Shown piece after piece: positions 10,276-18,684 of a stretch of DNA of 64,000 nt. A model generated the notes under the pieces. The model was not told the origin of the DNA. It saw nothing but the letters and a program-made list of their open reading frames with translations, and ran no database searches. This DNA comes from a virus. The position numbers were made by a program, and so were the translations under genes. Each line of letters opens with the position of its first letter. Position 1 is the first letter of the stretch. Location: positions 224,001 through 288,000 of IMG/VR virus record IMGVR_UViG_3300028840_006907. One strand, given 5' to 3'.

Positions 10276-12027
10276 TTATGCCTTGTGAAATCGAAAACTA
10301 TTATTAAATAAATAACTAGGTTTTGACTCAACTGATCTTCCCATGTATGTTCTGGTTTTTGAGTAGCTTATATTTAAACATTTCTGAGCCCTTGTGCATG
10401 CTACGTAAAATAATCTCTCTTCCTCTTTTTTATCTACAGCAAAACTATGAGGCCATACTCCTTCTTCTACACCTACAACTAGGACTGTATTAAATTCAAG
10501 ACCTTTACTGGCATGAGCCGTTAATAACTTAACCCCATGTCCGGTATCTTCTTCCAGAAATGTACTTGCTAAAACCAGGTCCTCTATGGTTCTAAATTCT
10601 CTGATGATTTCTAAAAATGAAGTCAGCATTGTACGGTCACTATCTTTTTTAATAGTAGTTCTATAATCTGTTTTATATAAGATAGTCTCAACAGCCTCTG
10701 AAGGAGTCATGCCCTTTATTTCATTTAAGATATTTATAAGTCCTCTTATACGGGGCATTTCATAAGCCATAGTTTCTAGATAAGACCAGCCTTCTCGAAG
10801 TAAAATTTCTTTTTTCTTTGCTCCGAATCCACGAGGGGGTACATTTACGATTCGGTTTAAACTTTCTAAATCATCTCTATTCGTACTGGCTTTGAGAAAA
10901 CTCATTAAATCTTTGGGAACTCTACGCTTATAATAAGGAAGGGCACCAACAACTTTATATGGTATGTGTTTACTTGCAAAAGCTCTTTCAAAGAATAAGG
11001 ATCTTGCATTTACGCGAAACAGTATTGCGGTATTTTCGTAATCGTTGGCTCTTATAAGGGCATTGGATATTTTCTCTGCCTCGTCTTCCTGACTATTAAA
11101 TCCGGTGAAAGATATTGATCCTTGGAAAGGGTTTTTAGCAACCATCTGATTACCGTATTGAATGTATTGATTGGCATGTTTTATGATCTCTGGAGAACAT
11201 CTGTAGTTGAAACTTAAGTGACATACAGTCGGTTTATGTAATTCTATAAAATGTTTTATGTTCTCAGGATGGGCACCCCTAAATTGGTAAATGGACTGAT
11301 TAAAATCAGCCACTACAAACAATGTCTTTGAATTTTTTGTGTATAGTTTATTTATAATGTCATATTGAATTAAAGATGTATCTTGAAATTCGTCTACTAA
11401 TAGATGAGGCCATTTTTTTGAGTAAAAATCAGCGCAATCTTTATGTCCTAAACAGTCATTGGCATAAATGAGTAGGTCATCGAAATCACATGCATTATTT
11501 TTTAGAAGAATCTCTTGGTAAGTTTTATATACAAGTAAAAAATTTCCTTCATTCAGTTCTGATGTAAACTGCGAAAGTCTGAATGATTTCCTGACATTAT
11601 CGGACCCCATTGATTTGATATGGCTAATAGCCAAGACATATGTTTTGGGTTCTCCGGGCAATTCCCGAGATTTAATGATTGTTTTTACAATTGATAACTG
11701 ATCACCGTCATCATATATACTAAAATTAGGTTTTATTGGTAAATGCCGTGTAAAATTTCTGATTATCCCTACACATAAACTGTGAATTGTGCTGACTTGC
11801 ATTTTTCCAATAGAGTCACAATGTAACTTTAATCGCTCTTTCATTTCATTGGCTGCTTTATTCGTAAAAGTAATAGCACATATATTATCTGGAGAAATAC
11901 CTTGTTCCATAAGCCTTAAAATCTTGGCTATAAGACATCGGGTTTTTCCTGATCCTGCCGAGGCATTAACCATTGTAGGTGATGCAGCTTCAACGGCTCT
12001 GGTTTGTTCTGTATCTAATGATATCAT
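10276..12027 (-). CDS. superfamily 1 DNA helicase, UvrD/Rep/PcrA family
   Basis: Walker A AGSGKTRCL; Walker B LLVDEFQDTS; motif IV FNYRCSPEII; motif VI TAHASKGLEFNTVLVVG; 583 aa. Confidence 0.85.
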   Translation of the reverse strand: MISLDTEQTRAVEAASPTMVNASAGSGKTRCLIAKILRLMEQGISPDNICAITFTNKAANEMKERLKLHCDSIGKMQVSTIHSLCVGIIRNFTRHLPIKPNFSIYDDGDQLSIVKTIIKSRELPGEPKTYVLAISHIKSMGSDNVRKSFRLSQFTSELNEGNFLLVYKTYQEILLKNNACDFDDLLIYANDCLGHKDCADFYSKKWPHLLVDEFQDTSLIQYDIINKLYTKNSKTLFVVADFNQSIYQFRGAHPENIKHFIELHKPTVCHLSFNYRCSPEIIKHANQYIQYGNQMVAKNPFQGSISFTGFNSQEDEAEKISNALIRANDYENTAILFRVNARSLFFERAFASKHIPYKVVGALPYYKRRVPKDLMSFLKASTNRDDLESLNRIVNVPPRGFGAKKKEILLREGWSYLETMAYEMPRIRGLINILNEIKGMTPSEAVETILYKTDYRTTIKKDSDRTMLTSFLEIIREFRTIEDLVLASTFLEEDTGHGVKLLTAHASKGLEFNTVLVVGVEEGVWPHSFAVDKKEEERLFYVACTRAQKCLNISYSKTRTYMGRSVESKPSYLFNNSFRFHKA

Positions 12028-12338
12028 TAATTATAATTCCAAAATCTTGTTTTCATACTTATAACTGAAGCACCCGCTACAATGTTAACGAGTAATCCAT
12101 AATTATAAGTATGGTTAATGTTATGTTTCTTTTTTACATCGTAAAGTTTTTTTAATGTTAATACTATTTCAGCTACTTCTAATAATAATGGAACTTCTTT
12201 TATTTCCTCTGAAGACTTGACTACTGGTTTATATAAATCGCTAAAAATCTTTTTAAAATAAACTTCTACCTCTCCTTTATCCGTCTTGAAAAAAATTCGA
12301 TACCTCCCCTTACCATTCTTTTTTAGTACCTCCATCAT
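12027..12338 (-). CDS. hypothetical protein
   Basis: 103 aa ORF in minus-strand block; start overlaps helicase stop. Confidence 0.4.
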   Translation of the reverse strand: MMEVLKKNGKGRYRIFFKTDKGEVEVYFKKIFSDLYKPVVKSSEEIKEVPLLLEVAEIVLTLKKLYDVKKKHNINHTYNYGLLVNIVAGASVISMKTRFWNYN

Positions 12339-12416
12339 AAGTCACTGCTAGTTTGGCTTTAATTAGCATTTTACCTAAATCTTTTCCGTCAACAAAGAAA
12401 TAAGTCATGAATTTAG

Positions 12417-12638
12417 TCATGTTTTATTCTTATTTTTTGAATTGCTCTTTTCATCGATTATATATTTTTTAATAGTATATACCTTTATTATTCCGAGTTT
12501 TTTAAATATATAATCTTGAAATTCTTTTTCTAATTTATCGAAATCATAACTTACTAATTCTAAAGCCCATTTTACCCTGAAATCTTTTTCAGCTAATTGA
12601 ATCAATTTTATTTGAAATTCTGTTTGTGTTAATTCCAT
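12417..12638 (-). CDS. hypothetical protein
   Basis: 73 aa ORF. Confidence 0.3.
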   Translation of the reverse strand: MELTQTEFQIKLIQLAEKDFRVKWALELVSYDFDKLEKEFQDYIFKKLGIIKVYTIKKYIIDEKSNSKNKNKT

Positions 12639-12658
12639 AAATTTTAAGAAAAGTCCTT

Positions 12659-12934
12659 CTATATTTTAGTTAATGGCTCGTCGTATTTTTCAAGAGTTTC
12701 ATCTCTTTTAACCAATTTGCAGTTTACAAATTCAGGCATTCTCGGGTCTTTATTAAATGTATCCACTAATTCCTGAGCATCATCTTTAAATAGACAACAT
12801 GCTTCGTGTGGGTCTTTCACGAAATGTGTCCATGAGTCATTCTCTGAACTGCGAATTTTTTTCATAGCATAAAAAGTACCATTCGGGTGTTGGATTAAAT
12901 AATCCTGGCTAGTATCTGTGTAAAAATCGTTCAT
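12659..12934 (-). CDS. hypothetical protein
   Basis: 91 aa ORF; contains HPNG but no downstream Cys, so not a confident E2. Confidence 0.4.
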   Translation of the reverse strand: MNDFYTDTSQDYLIQHPNGTFYAMKKIRSSENDSWTHFVKDPHEACCLFKDDAQELVDTFNKDPRMPEFVNCKLVKRDETLEKYDEPLTKI

Positions 12935-13089
12935 AATATACCGCCTTTTGAATGAGTGTGAATAAGTTAATAGTGAGTCCTTTATAAATATTATACCAGT
13001 CTACCCTTGAAACTCTCCCAAAAAAATTTTAATAAAAAATGTGATGGTTTGTAATTCGTTGAGAAGTATAAAATTATAAAACAAAAAAA

Positions 13090-13428
13090 TTAGTCTAAAA
13101 ACTTCTCAATATTTTCTATTGAATTAATGATTTTACCATTTTCTTGTATGAAATAAAATCTTTTTCCACATTTTATACAACTTATTACAGCCATGTTGGG
13201 AACAACTTCTTTAAAATGAAATTGATTATTGATTTGATCTATTACTGATTGCATATTTGAGAAGATGGTATTTCTTTGATATAATGTGAAGACATATTTA
13301 CAGTGAGGGCAGATAATTCGATGAGGATCAACAATTTTTTCCTTATGTTTTTTTATAAGTTCTATGATAAAACTTATAATAATGTAAATACTGAGAAAAG
13401 TCATGGGAAAAATTAATAATTCTTTCAT
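13090..13428 (-). CDS. hypothetical membrane-anchored zinc-ribbon protein
   Basis: N-terminal hydrophobic segment; CPHC...CIKCG paired-Cys motifs. Confidence 0.45.
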   Translation of the reverse strand: MKELLIFPMTFLSIYIIISFIIELIKKHKEKIVDPHRIICPHCKYVFTLYQRNTIFSNMQSVIDQINNQFHFKEVVPNMAVISCIKCGKRFYFIQENGKIINSIENIEKFLD

Positions 13429-13429
13429 T

Positions 13430-13813
13430 CTAAAGATAATCCTCTATTCGTTTAGCCTTTTCATTCAGATATAATAGGACTTTTTCATCATCTTTGATTT
13501 TACCTTTATCATCGATATATGAAGTCATCTCAATAGATTTGATAGGTTTAACAGTCCCATGATTGATTTCAATTTTTCTATGTACTCCTTTTACTAACAA
13601 GTCAATTTCTTCTTTCTCATCTGAGTCCCAGTGGTACTCTGGGAATAAATAATTAATCTGATTCTTACCATAACCTTTAAATCGACTCAGGATGAAACTG
13701 TTATCAAATTTGTTAAATATGCCTAAAGTCGAATTTCTTGCCATTATAAGATACAGGCAATTGTGTATACATTTATTTAATGGGACATATGATTTAAATT
13801 TCTCTATGCTCAT
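13430..13813 (-). CDS. hypothetical protein
   Basis: 127 aa ORF immediately downstream of E1-like gene. Confidence 0.4.
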   Translation of the reverse strand: MSIEKFKSYVPLNKCIHNCLYLIMARNSTLGIFNKFDNSFILSRFKGYGKNQINYLFPEYHWDSDEKEEIDLLVKGVHRKIEINHGTVKPIKSIEMTSYIDDKGKIKDDEKVLLYLNEKAKRIEDYL

Positions 13814-13828
13814 TGAGTAATATATTTT

Positions 13829-14470
13829 TTATCTATCAAATTCTGAAATTTTCATATCTTTTAAAGTGATTATATAATTCTTTTTAACACCACTCTCAAT
13901 GAATTTGATTAATGACTCCGATGCTACTGCCACTGCCAGAAGTATAATATTCCTGGCCAATGGGTACTCGCATACATCAGGAGCTATCGTGTCTTTTGGG
14001 ACGGTATAAGATTCGTTCCATATTATTTCCGCGTAATCCTGAGACAGCCCGACATGTAAACAGCTCAAACCATTATCCTTACAATATTGATAAACTAATT
14101 TTCGGCTAATATTATTATCAAAAGAATCGATGATAATATTTGGTTTTTTCAAATATTTACTCACAGTAGTTTTATTAAGTTCTTTACTATTGGCATTCAA
14201 AACAGTTTTGGTTGAAGCATATGCTCTCATTTTCATAGTCGCTACTTTGTAGGTACCTTTTTCATTTTGGTTCCAGATCTGGGTACCATTATTGTGAGGT
14301 TCAATTCTGTCTTTATCGATAATTGTAATTTCTTTGAATCCCTGTCGAACTAAATTATCACAAAGATTTGACCCTATTGCTCCGACACCACAGAGTGTAA
14401 TTGGGGTTGTTGATAATTTACCAACTACTTCTTCAGATCGATACATTCTTTCATGTATTAATAAATCCAT
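13829..14470 (-). CDS. ThiF/MoeB/E1-like adenylyltransferase (ubiquitin-activating-like)
   Basis: Rossmann glycine loop LCGVGAIGSNL followed by IIDKDRIEPHNNGTQ (E1 DxDxVExSNLNRQ-like); 213 aa; adjacent to JAB protein. Confidence 0.65.
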   Translation of the reverse strand: MDLLIHERMYRSEEVVGKLSTTPITLCGVGAIGSNLCDNLVRQGFKEITIIDKDRIEPHNNGTQIWNQNEKGTYKVATMKMRAYASTKTVLNANSKELNKTTVSKYLKKPNIIIDSFDNNISRKLVYQYCKDNGLSCLHVGLSQDYAEIIWNESYTVPKDTIAPDVCEYPLARNIILLAVAVASESLIKFIESGVKKNYIITLKDMKISEFDR

Positions 14471-14474
14471 AATA

Positions 14475-14999
14475 TCATCCTATCCTAGCTATAATGCGAT
14501 CTTTTAACAAGACAAAGGGAATTTCAATACAACCTACAATCCGGTCTTTGTCTCTTTTATATAAATAAAATCTTTGTACTTCTGATTTGATTCCACATAA
14601 TAACGGTTTACCCAAAGCTTTGACCCAACCAGTCATAGTTTTATCATCTAAGGATGAAGGTTCCATTATATTACTTGGATGAGTATGATTAAAACCTACT
14701 ATTTTATTTCTGTCTCTGATTACTTTTTCCCAGTCAAAATCAACTGAACCAGGACCACCAGTGGATTCATAGATTAGTCTACCATAAATCCATTTGCAGT
14801 ATTTTTTACCATATATGATCCAACAATTTTCGTTAATTGTTTGTACTACTTCAATAGCTTCTATTGTTAATTTATTTTTATTGTAAATACCTTTATATGT
14901 TCGACCACATTCTGGGCATGGCATTCTTTGTGTTTCATTTTCTGTAATCCAGCATATATATTTTCCGCACTTACATGTAAATTCACTGCTTTCGGGCAT
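14475..14999 (-). CDS. JAB/MPN+ (JAMM) metalloprotease with N-terminal zinc ribbon
   Basis: Exact JAMM signature HTHPSNIMEPSSLD (HxHx7Sx2D); N-terminal CKCG...CPECG. Confidence 0.7.
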   Translation of the reverse strand: MPESSEFTCKCGKYICWITENETQRMPCPECGRTYKGIYNKNKLTIEAIEVVQTINENCWIIYGKKYCKWIYGRLIYESTGGPGSVDFDWEKVIRDRNKIVGFNHTHPSNIMEPSSLDDKTMTGWVKALGKPLLCGIKSEVQRFYLYKRDKDRIVGCIEIPFVLLKDRIIARIG

Positions 15000-15025
15000 A
15001 GGGATATATCCTTATTTTAGATTTT

Positions 15026-15925
15026 CTAATACAACGTTCTACTTATTTGATGAGTGCGTTGACCCTCTTTTATTACAGAAATTAATGCTTTTAAATCATA
15101 GTCTTTATCACCAACATGACCTGTTTCATGGTCGGTTAAACAGATGCCTGCAGTAATAACGTGGTGACTTTGATCTTTAGTAACAATAGTATTAAATTTC
15201 TCTCCATCGATTTCATATGTTACATAAATATGATCCGATTTTTCATCACTGCTCAGGTATTTACCTCCGGCAAATTCTATATCACGTTGAATCTTTGTTT
15301 TTTTCTTTTCTTCAAGTGCTCGTTCACGTTCTTCTTTGATTTTTAAATCGATTTTGTATTTTATGTTAAAAGCAATTTTCTCCTCCAATGTCAGACCAGA
15401 GAATTTTAATTTAGATGGGTCTCTGAATTCTTTCAGGGACTCATTAAGATAATCTGTAATCATCGGATCGGCTGACATATCCATTGAATCAAACCAGATA
15501 TTAGCTCCGTCAAATCGGCATAGACATTTAGAAAATGTTGTAACCATATCATCGAAAAGAAGAACTGGGTATAATTCTGATACTTTTAATCCCAGATGAT
15601 TACTCTTTATCGGGATCCCAAGATAAAAATCTTTCTTTTTATGTACTAAAACCATTCTTATCTTTGGTAAATATTTAAGATAAGATTGAATCTCATCTAT
15701 TTCCGCTAAATCTATTGCTTCAGCCCGTTTATTATCAAGTGCTTTGAATTTGTACCATCCCGGTTCTGTTTTCGGGATGTTTAAGTAATGAATAATTCCT
15801 TGAATACGGATAATGATTCGGTCATTATAATACACAGGAGAAATGATAGTCTTTTCAGTCATCATTTCTTCCTGTTTCCCTATTTTATCAATAAGGTTTA
15901 AAATATTATCTTTTCTTACGGTCAA
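15026..15925 (-). CDS. hypothetical protein
   Basis: 299 aa ORF between JAB and Ro60-like genes; start overlaps Ro60-like stop. Confidence 0.5.
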   Translation of the reverse strand: MTVRKDNILNLIDKIGKQEEMMTEKTIISPVYYNDRIIIRIQGIIHYLNIPKTEPGWYKFKALDNKRAEAIDLAEIDEIQSYLKYLPKIRMVLVHKKKDFYLGIPIKSNHLGLKVSELYPVLLFDDMVTTFSKCLCRFDGANIWFDSMDMSADPMITDYLNESLKEFRDPSKLKFSGLTLEEKIAFNIKYKIDLKIKEERERALEEKKKTKIQRDIEFAGGKYLSSDEKSDHIYVTYEIDGEKFNTIVTKDQSHHVITAGICLTDHETGHVGDKDYDLKALISVIKEGQRTHQISRTLY

Positions 15926-17462
15926 AAGATTTCCTCACGGGTAAAGGTGTATCCATGATCTCATATAGAAGATCGAGTTTTGATTTTCTGGATAGCAATG
16001 GAATTAATCCAGGCAATCCATAGTAATCGCTACCTTCAGGTTCATAGTAATCGAAAGGTATTCTAGCTTGTTTTAAATACATGCTGAATTCTTTACGACT
16101 CCATGAACTTGGAATGTAAATAATAGTAATAGTAGGAGTCACATTAAATTTTTTAACATAATTATCCCATATCTCAACGAAAAATGGATTATTATTTTCA
16201 CCTTCATCAGTGACCACTATTATCTGTTCTACATAATAGTTTTTTCTAATAAGGTAATCTAATGCTATACCTATGGAAGTCCCACCATTACTTTTTACAG
16301 GTCTGAAAGCCCTTTCCCAGGCAGACATATTCGGTTCATTAGCTGTGATCTCTCTGGCCATTGTATCAAAAGTAATAGCATAGAGAGGAGCTTCTGTAGC
16401 ACCTGAAATAAGAGCCGCAACATTTTTTCCGACTTCGATGGCTTGAGTCATAGAACCTGATTTATCGATAAAGACTGCAGTAGGTACTTTTATAACACCT
16501 TTCTTTTTAATTTGCTGATCTGCAATTTCATCGAGGATCTTTTGAGATTCCTCATTTTTGATCCGACCTGTTTTCTTTGCTTCTTTGGATTTTAAAGCTG
16601 ATACATTTTTAGCTTTTTTAGCTTTTTCCAATTTAGCCGTAATCAATGTTTTTGTATCCTCATTGTCCATGGCACCACGTTCTTCTAGGGAAGCATAGTT
16701 ATTAATAACTTCCTGTGGAGACATAGCATTGATTAGAGCAATCAGAATTGTAGGAGTGATTTGATCAACCAAACCTACAGCCACCGTATAAGGTACTTTA
16801 TGTTCTATAATCAGCTTTGCCACTTCAGTCGGATTATCAGCTTGTGCTATTTTTTCGAAAACATTTAATTTACTGTCCGTAGGACGTTCATTTCCGAAAA
16901 GAATCTTCTGAGCACGTTCACTAGGTGCTATACGAAGAGTAGCATATAATCCTTTAAGATCTTTTGGACTTTTTAGGGCAATAGCATCAAAAAGATCGTT
17001 GTTGGTTTCAATATATTGAAGAAATTTCTCAACATCCCTTTTAAAGGCAGTAGGAATATTTTTGTAAAGACCTACATTTTTTTCTTCAATTTTTACTTCA
17101 TCGATCATTTTTTTCTTCATTTTTATTTTTTTGCCCGTTTTATTTCTGATCTTTATTTTTTTACCTTTAATAAAACCGACCACACGTCTTTTAAGATATA
17201 CAGGTATTTCCCTGAAGAGGGCTAGCCCAACTTCACGGTTGTCAAGAAATTCATCAACAATAAGTGAACCGATGAATACTTCTTTATGATCCCGAATATC
17301 TCCATTCTTGTAGTACCAGCTTCCAAGGTGGGCATAAAACAGCGGATCTGCTTTTTGTAATTCAAGATGGGTATTTTTTAATTTATCTAGGTCCCGGTGA
17401 GGGCAACTCAGAAATGAGTTAAGCATGTTAACTCTGATATCATTTTCGTTAGCTTGGTTCAT
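15906..17462 (-). CDS. rsr: Ro60/Rsr-like protein (TROVE module plus C-terminal vWA domain with MIDAS motif)
   Basis: MIDAS motif AVFIDKSGSM in C-terminal third; IVVTDEGEN resembles Ro60 IVFTDNETF; N-terminal GSWYY motif resembles Ro60 GGTYY; 518 aa; structured tRNA-like RNAs encoded divergently. Confidence 0.7.
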   Translation of the reverse strand: MNQANENDIRVNMLNSFLSCPHRDLDKLKNTHLELQKADPLFYAHLGSWYYKNGDIRDHKEVFIGSLIVDEFLDNREVGLALFREIPVYLKRRVVGFIKGKKIKIRNKTGKKIKMKKKMIDEVKIEEKNVGLYKNIPTAFKRDVEKFLQYIETNNDLFDAIALKSPKDLKGLYATLRIAPSERAQKILFGNERPTDSKLNVFEKIAQADNPTEVAKLIIEHKVPYTVAVGLVDQITPTILIALINAMSPQEVINNYASLEERGAMDNEDTKTLITAKLEKAKKAKNVSALKSKEAKKTGRIKNEESQKILDEIADQQIKKKGVIKVPTAVFIDKSGSMTQAIEVGKNVAALISGATEAPLYAITFDTMAREITANEPNMSAWERAFRPVKSNGGTSIGIALDYLIRKNYYVEQIIVVTDEGENNNPFFVEIWDNYVKKFNVTPTITIIYIPSSWSRKEFSMYLKQARIPFDYYEPEGSDYYGLPGLIPLLSRKSKLDLLYEIMDTPLPVRKSFDRKKR

Positions 17463-17483
17463 AATATCTCATCCTCCTTATGT

Positions 17484-17813
17484 TCAGGTTTCAATTTTTC
17501 CGAAAGTAGCATTTGGTCTAACTGTAATGTTACCATTTTTATGGTGTTCAACAACTAATTCAGCAAATTCTGATGCTGGTCTATCATAATGATCTACTAA
17601 AGCCAATTTAATTTGTTCACCAGTTATATTATCCGATGTGATCTCGGTTCCTGGTTCAATCCCGAGTTGTTCCCATCTGTCTTCTGGGAAAAGATCTTTG
17701 AGATTAATATCTTCAGTTTGACCATCATACATTATATGGACTTCACTCATATGAGCCTCCTTGTAATAAGTTAAAAAAAGAGTCCCGTATATTATACGAC
17801 ACGAGATTAACAT
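17484..17813 (-). CDS. hypothetical small acidic protein; true start probably at internal Met (MSEVH) preceded by AAGGAGG
   Basis: ORF track 109 aa; strong SD upstream of internal ATG near 17750. Confidence 0.4.
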   Translation of the reverse strand: MLISCRIIYGTLFLTYYKEAHMSEVHIMYDGQTEDINLKDLFPEDRWEQLGIEPGTEITSDNITGEQIKLALVDHYDRPASEFAELVVEHHKNGNITVRPNATFGKIET

Positions 17814-17867
17814 TTCATTAAGTAAAAAATTGGGTAGAATATAAATTCTTGTGTGTCATCATGGTAA

Positions 17868-17896
17868 ATAACTTTTTTAAAAAAATTATTGACACA
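17868..17896 (+). promoter_or_regulatory. sigma70-like promoter (TTGACA, 17 nt spacer, TATATT) upstream of the tRNA and structured-RNA array
   Basis: Direct reading of consensus -35 and near-consensus -10 with 17 nt spacer, about 60 nt upstream of tRNA. Confidence 0.6.
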
Positions 17897-17955
17897 CTTA
17901 AAATTTATGGTTATATTATTGACAGTTCTGCACTCTAACTTTTGATGCTTACATA

Positions 17956-18032
17956 GAGAAAATAGCTCAGTTGGTCAGAGCGCGAGATTTAGGTTCTTGA
18001 AGTCTTCGGTTCAATTCCGAATTTTCTTACCA
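17956..18032 (+). tRNA. canonical tRNA, class I; hand-folded anticodon UAG (decodes CUA) with encoded CCA
   Basis: Hand fold: acceptor GAGAAAA/TTTTCTT, D-arm GCTC-AGTTGGTCA-GAGC, anticodon stem CGAGA/TCTTG with loop TTTAGGT, T-arm TTCGG-TTCAATT-CCGAA, discriminator A then CCA. Confidence 0.7.
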
Positions 18033-18081
18033 TAAAATTAGCACCTTCAACTTGTGCAGAACTACTTAAACCAAGAAATAA

Positions 18082-18199
18082 AAGTCAGACATTCTAATTA
18101 TTAGGGCGTACATGGCGTTAAAACCATGCTTCCTGCAGAAATCAGGAAGCAATCTCTGGGCCAAGGCTCAGGGGCGCACTGATGACTTATGTCTGACTT
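18082..18199 (+). ncRNA. structured RNA element (Y RNA-like, non-tRNA-like) closed by a 9-11 bp terminal helix
   Basis: Terminal inverted repeat AAGTCAGACAT/ATGTCTGACTT; internal hairpins CATGG/CCATG and GCTTCCTG/CAGGAAGC; shares TCTAA..GGGC.TACA motif with downstream tRNA-like units. Confidence 0.4.
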
Positions 18200-18250
18200 A
18201 ATATAGATTGTAAAGTGTTGTAAAATAAATTTGATCTTTGAAAATTATAG

Positions 18251-18436
18251 GATAATGCCTTCTAACCTGTTGGGCTTACAAATTTTACTGGTTCGACTCC
18301 AGGTTCCGCCTCTCGGTCCTTTTGTAAAGATTGTAAAGGATCAGGAGGCGGAACAAGCCGGGTGGTCTGGCGATTGAATGCAAATCAATTTATTTGAAAT
18401 TAACGCTCTTTTAACTTGGGCATTTATCCTTTTTTA
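18251..18436 (+). ncRNA. tRNA-like structured RNA unit 1 (Y RNA/YrlA-like or permuted tRNA): terminal helix, T-arm, closed acceptor-like helix, D-arm, anticodon-like hairpin (loop ATGCAAA), U-tract
   Basis: T-arm CTGG-TTCGACT-CCAG; 10 bp helix GTTCCGCCTC/GAGGCGGAAC; D-arm GCC-GGGTGGTCT-GGC; hairpin ATTGA/TCAAT; flanks GGATAATGCC/GGCATTTATCC pair; TTTTTT follows. Confidence 0.6.
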
Positions 18437-18478
18437 TAGTAATTTATAATTTTATATAAAGTGATCTTTGAAAATATG

Positions 18479-18668
18479 AGGTAAGTGCCTCCTAACATAA
18501 CGGGCTTACAAATTAATAGGGTTCAACTCCCTGTTCCCCCGCCTAAGTCTTTGTCATATAATGATTAAGATTTGGGCGGGGGAACGAGCTGGGTGGTTCA
18601 GCAATCAACGTTTAATTGATGAAAAACATTTTTACGCTCTTTTAACTTAGGCACTTACTCTTTTTATT
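18479..18668 (+). ncRNA. tRNA-like structured RNA unit 2 (Y RNA/YrlA-like or permuted tRNA); anticodon-like loop CGTTTAA
   Basis: T-arm AGGG-TTCAACT-CCCT; helix GTTCCCCCGCC/GGCGGGGGAAC; D-arm GCTG-GGTGGTT-CAGC; hairpin ATCAA/TTGAT; flanks GAGGTAAGTGCC/GGCACTTACTC pair; TTTTT follows. Confidence 0.6.
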
Positions 18669-18684
18669 AAATTGAAATTACAAG

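Noticed and set aside
15161-15346. 61-aa plus-strand ORF antisense to the 299-aa minus-strand gene, and similar short antisense ORFs (11789-12064, 17016-17225, 19727-19921, 28731-28961, 61800-62108)
   Set aside because: Short, AT-rich low-complexity translations fully nested antisense in longer ORFs, with no RBS
17484-17813. Possible ubiquitin-like partner for the E1/JAB pair
   Set aside because: None of the small ORFs in the block ends in Gly-Gly or shows an obvious beta-grasp signature by eye; left as hypothetical
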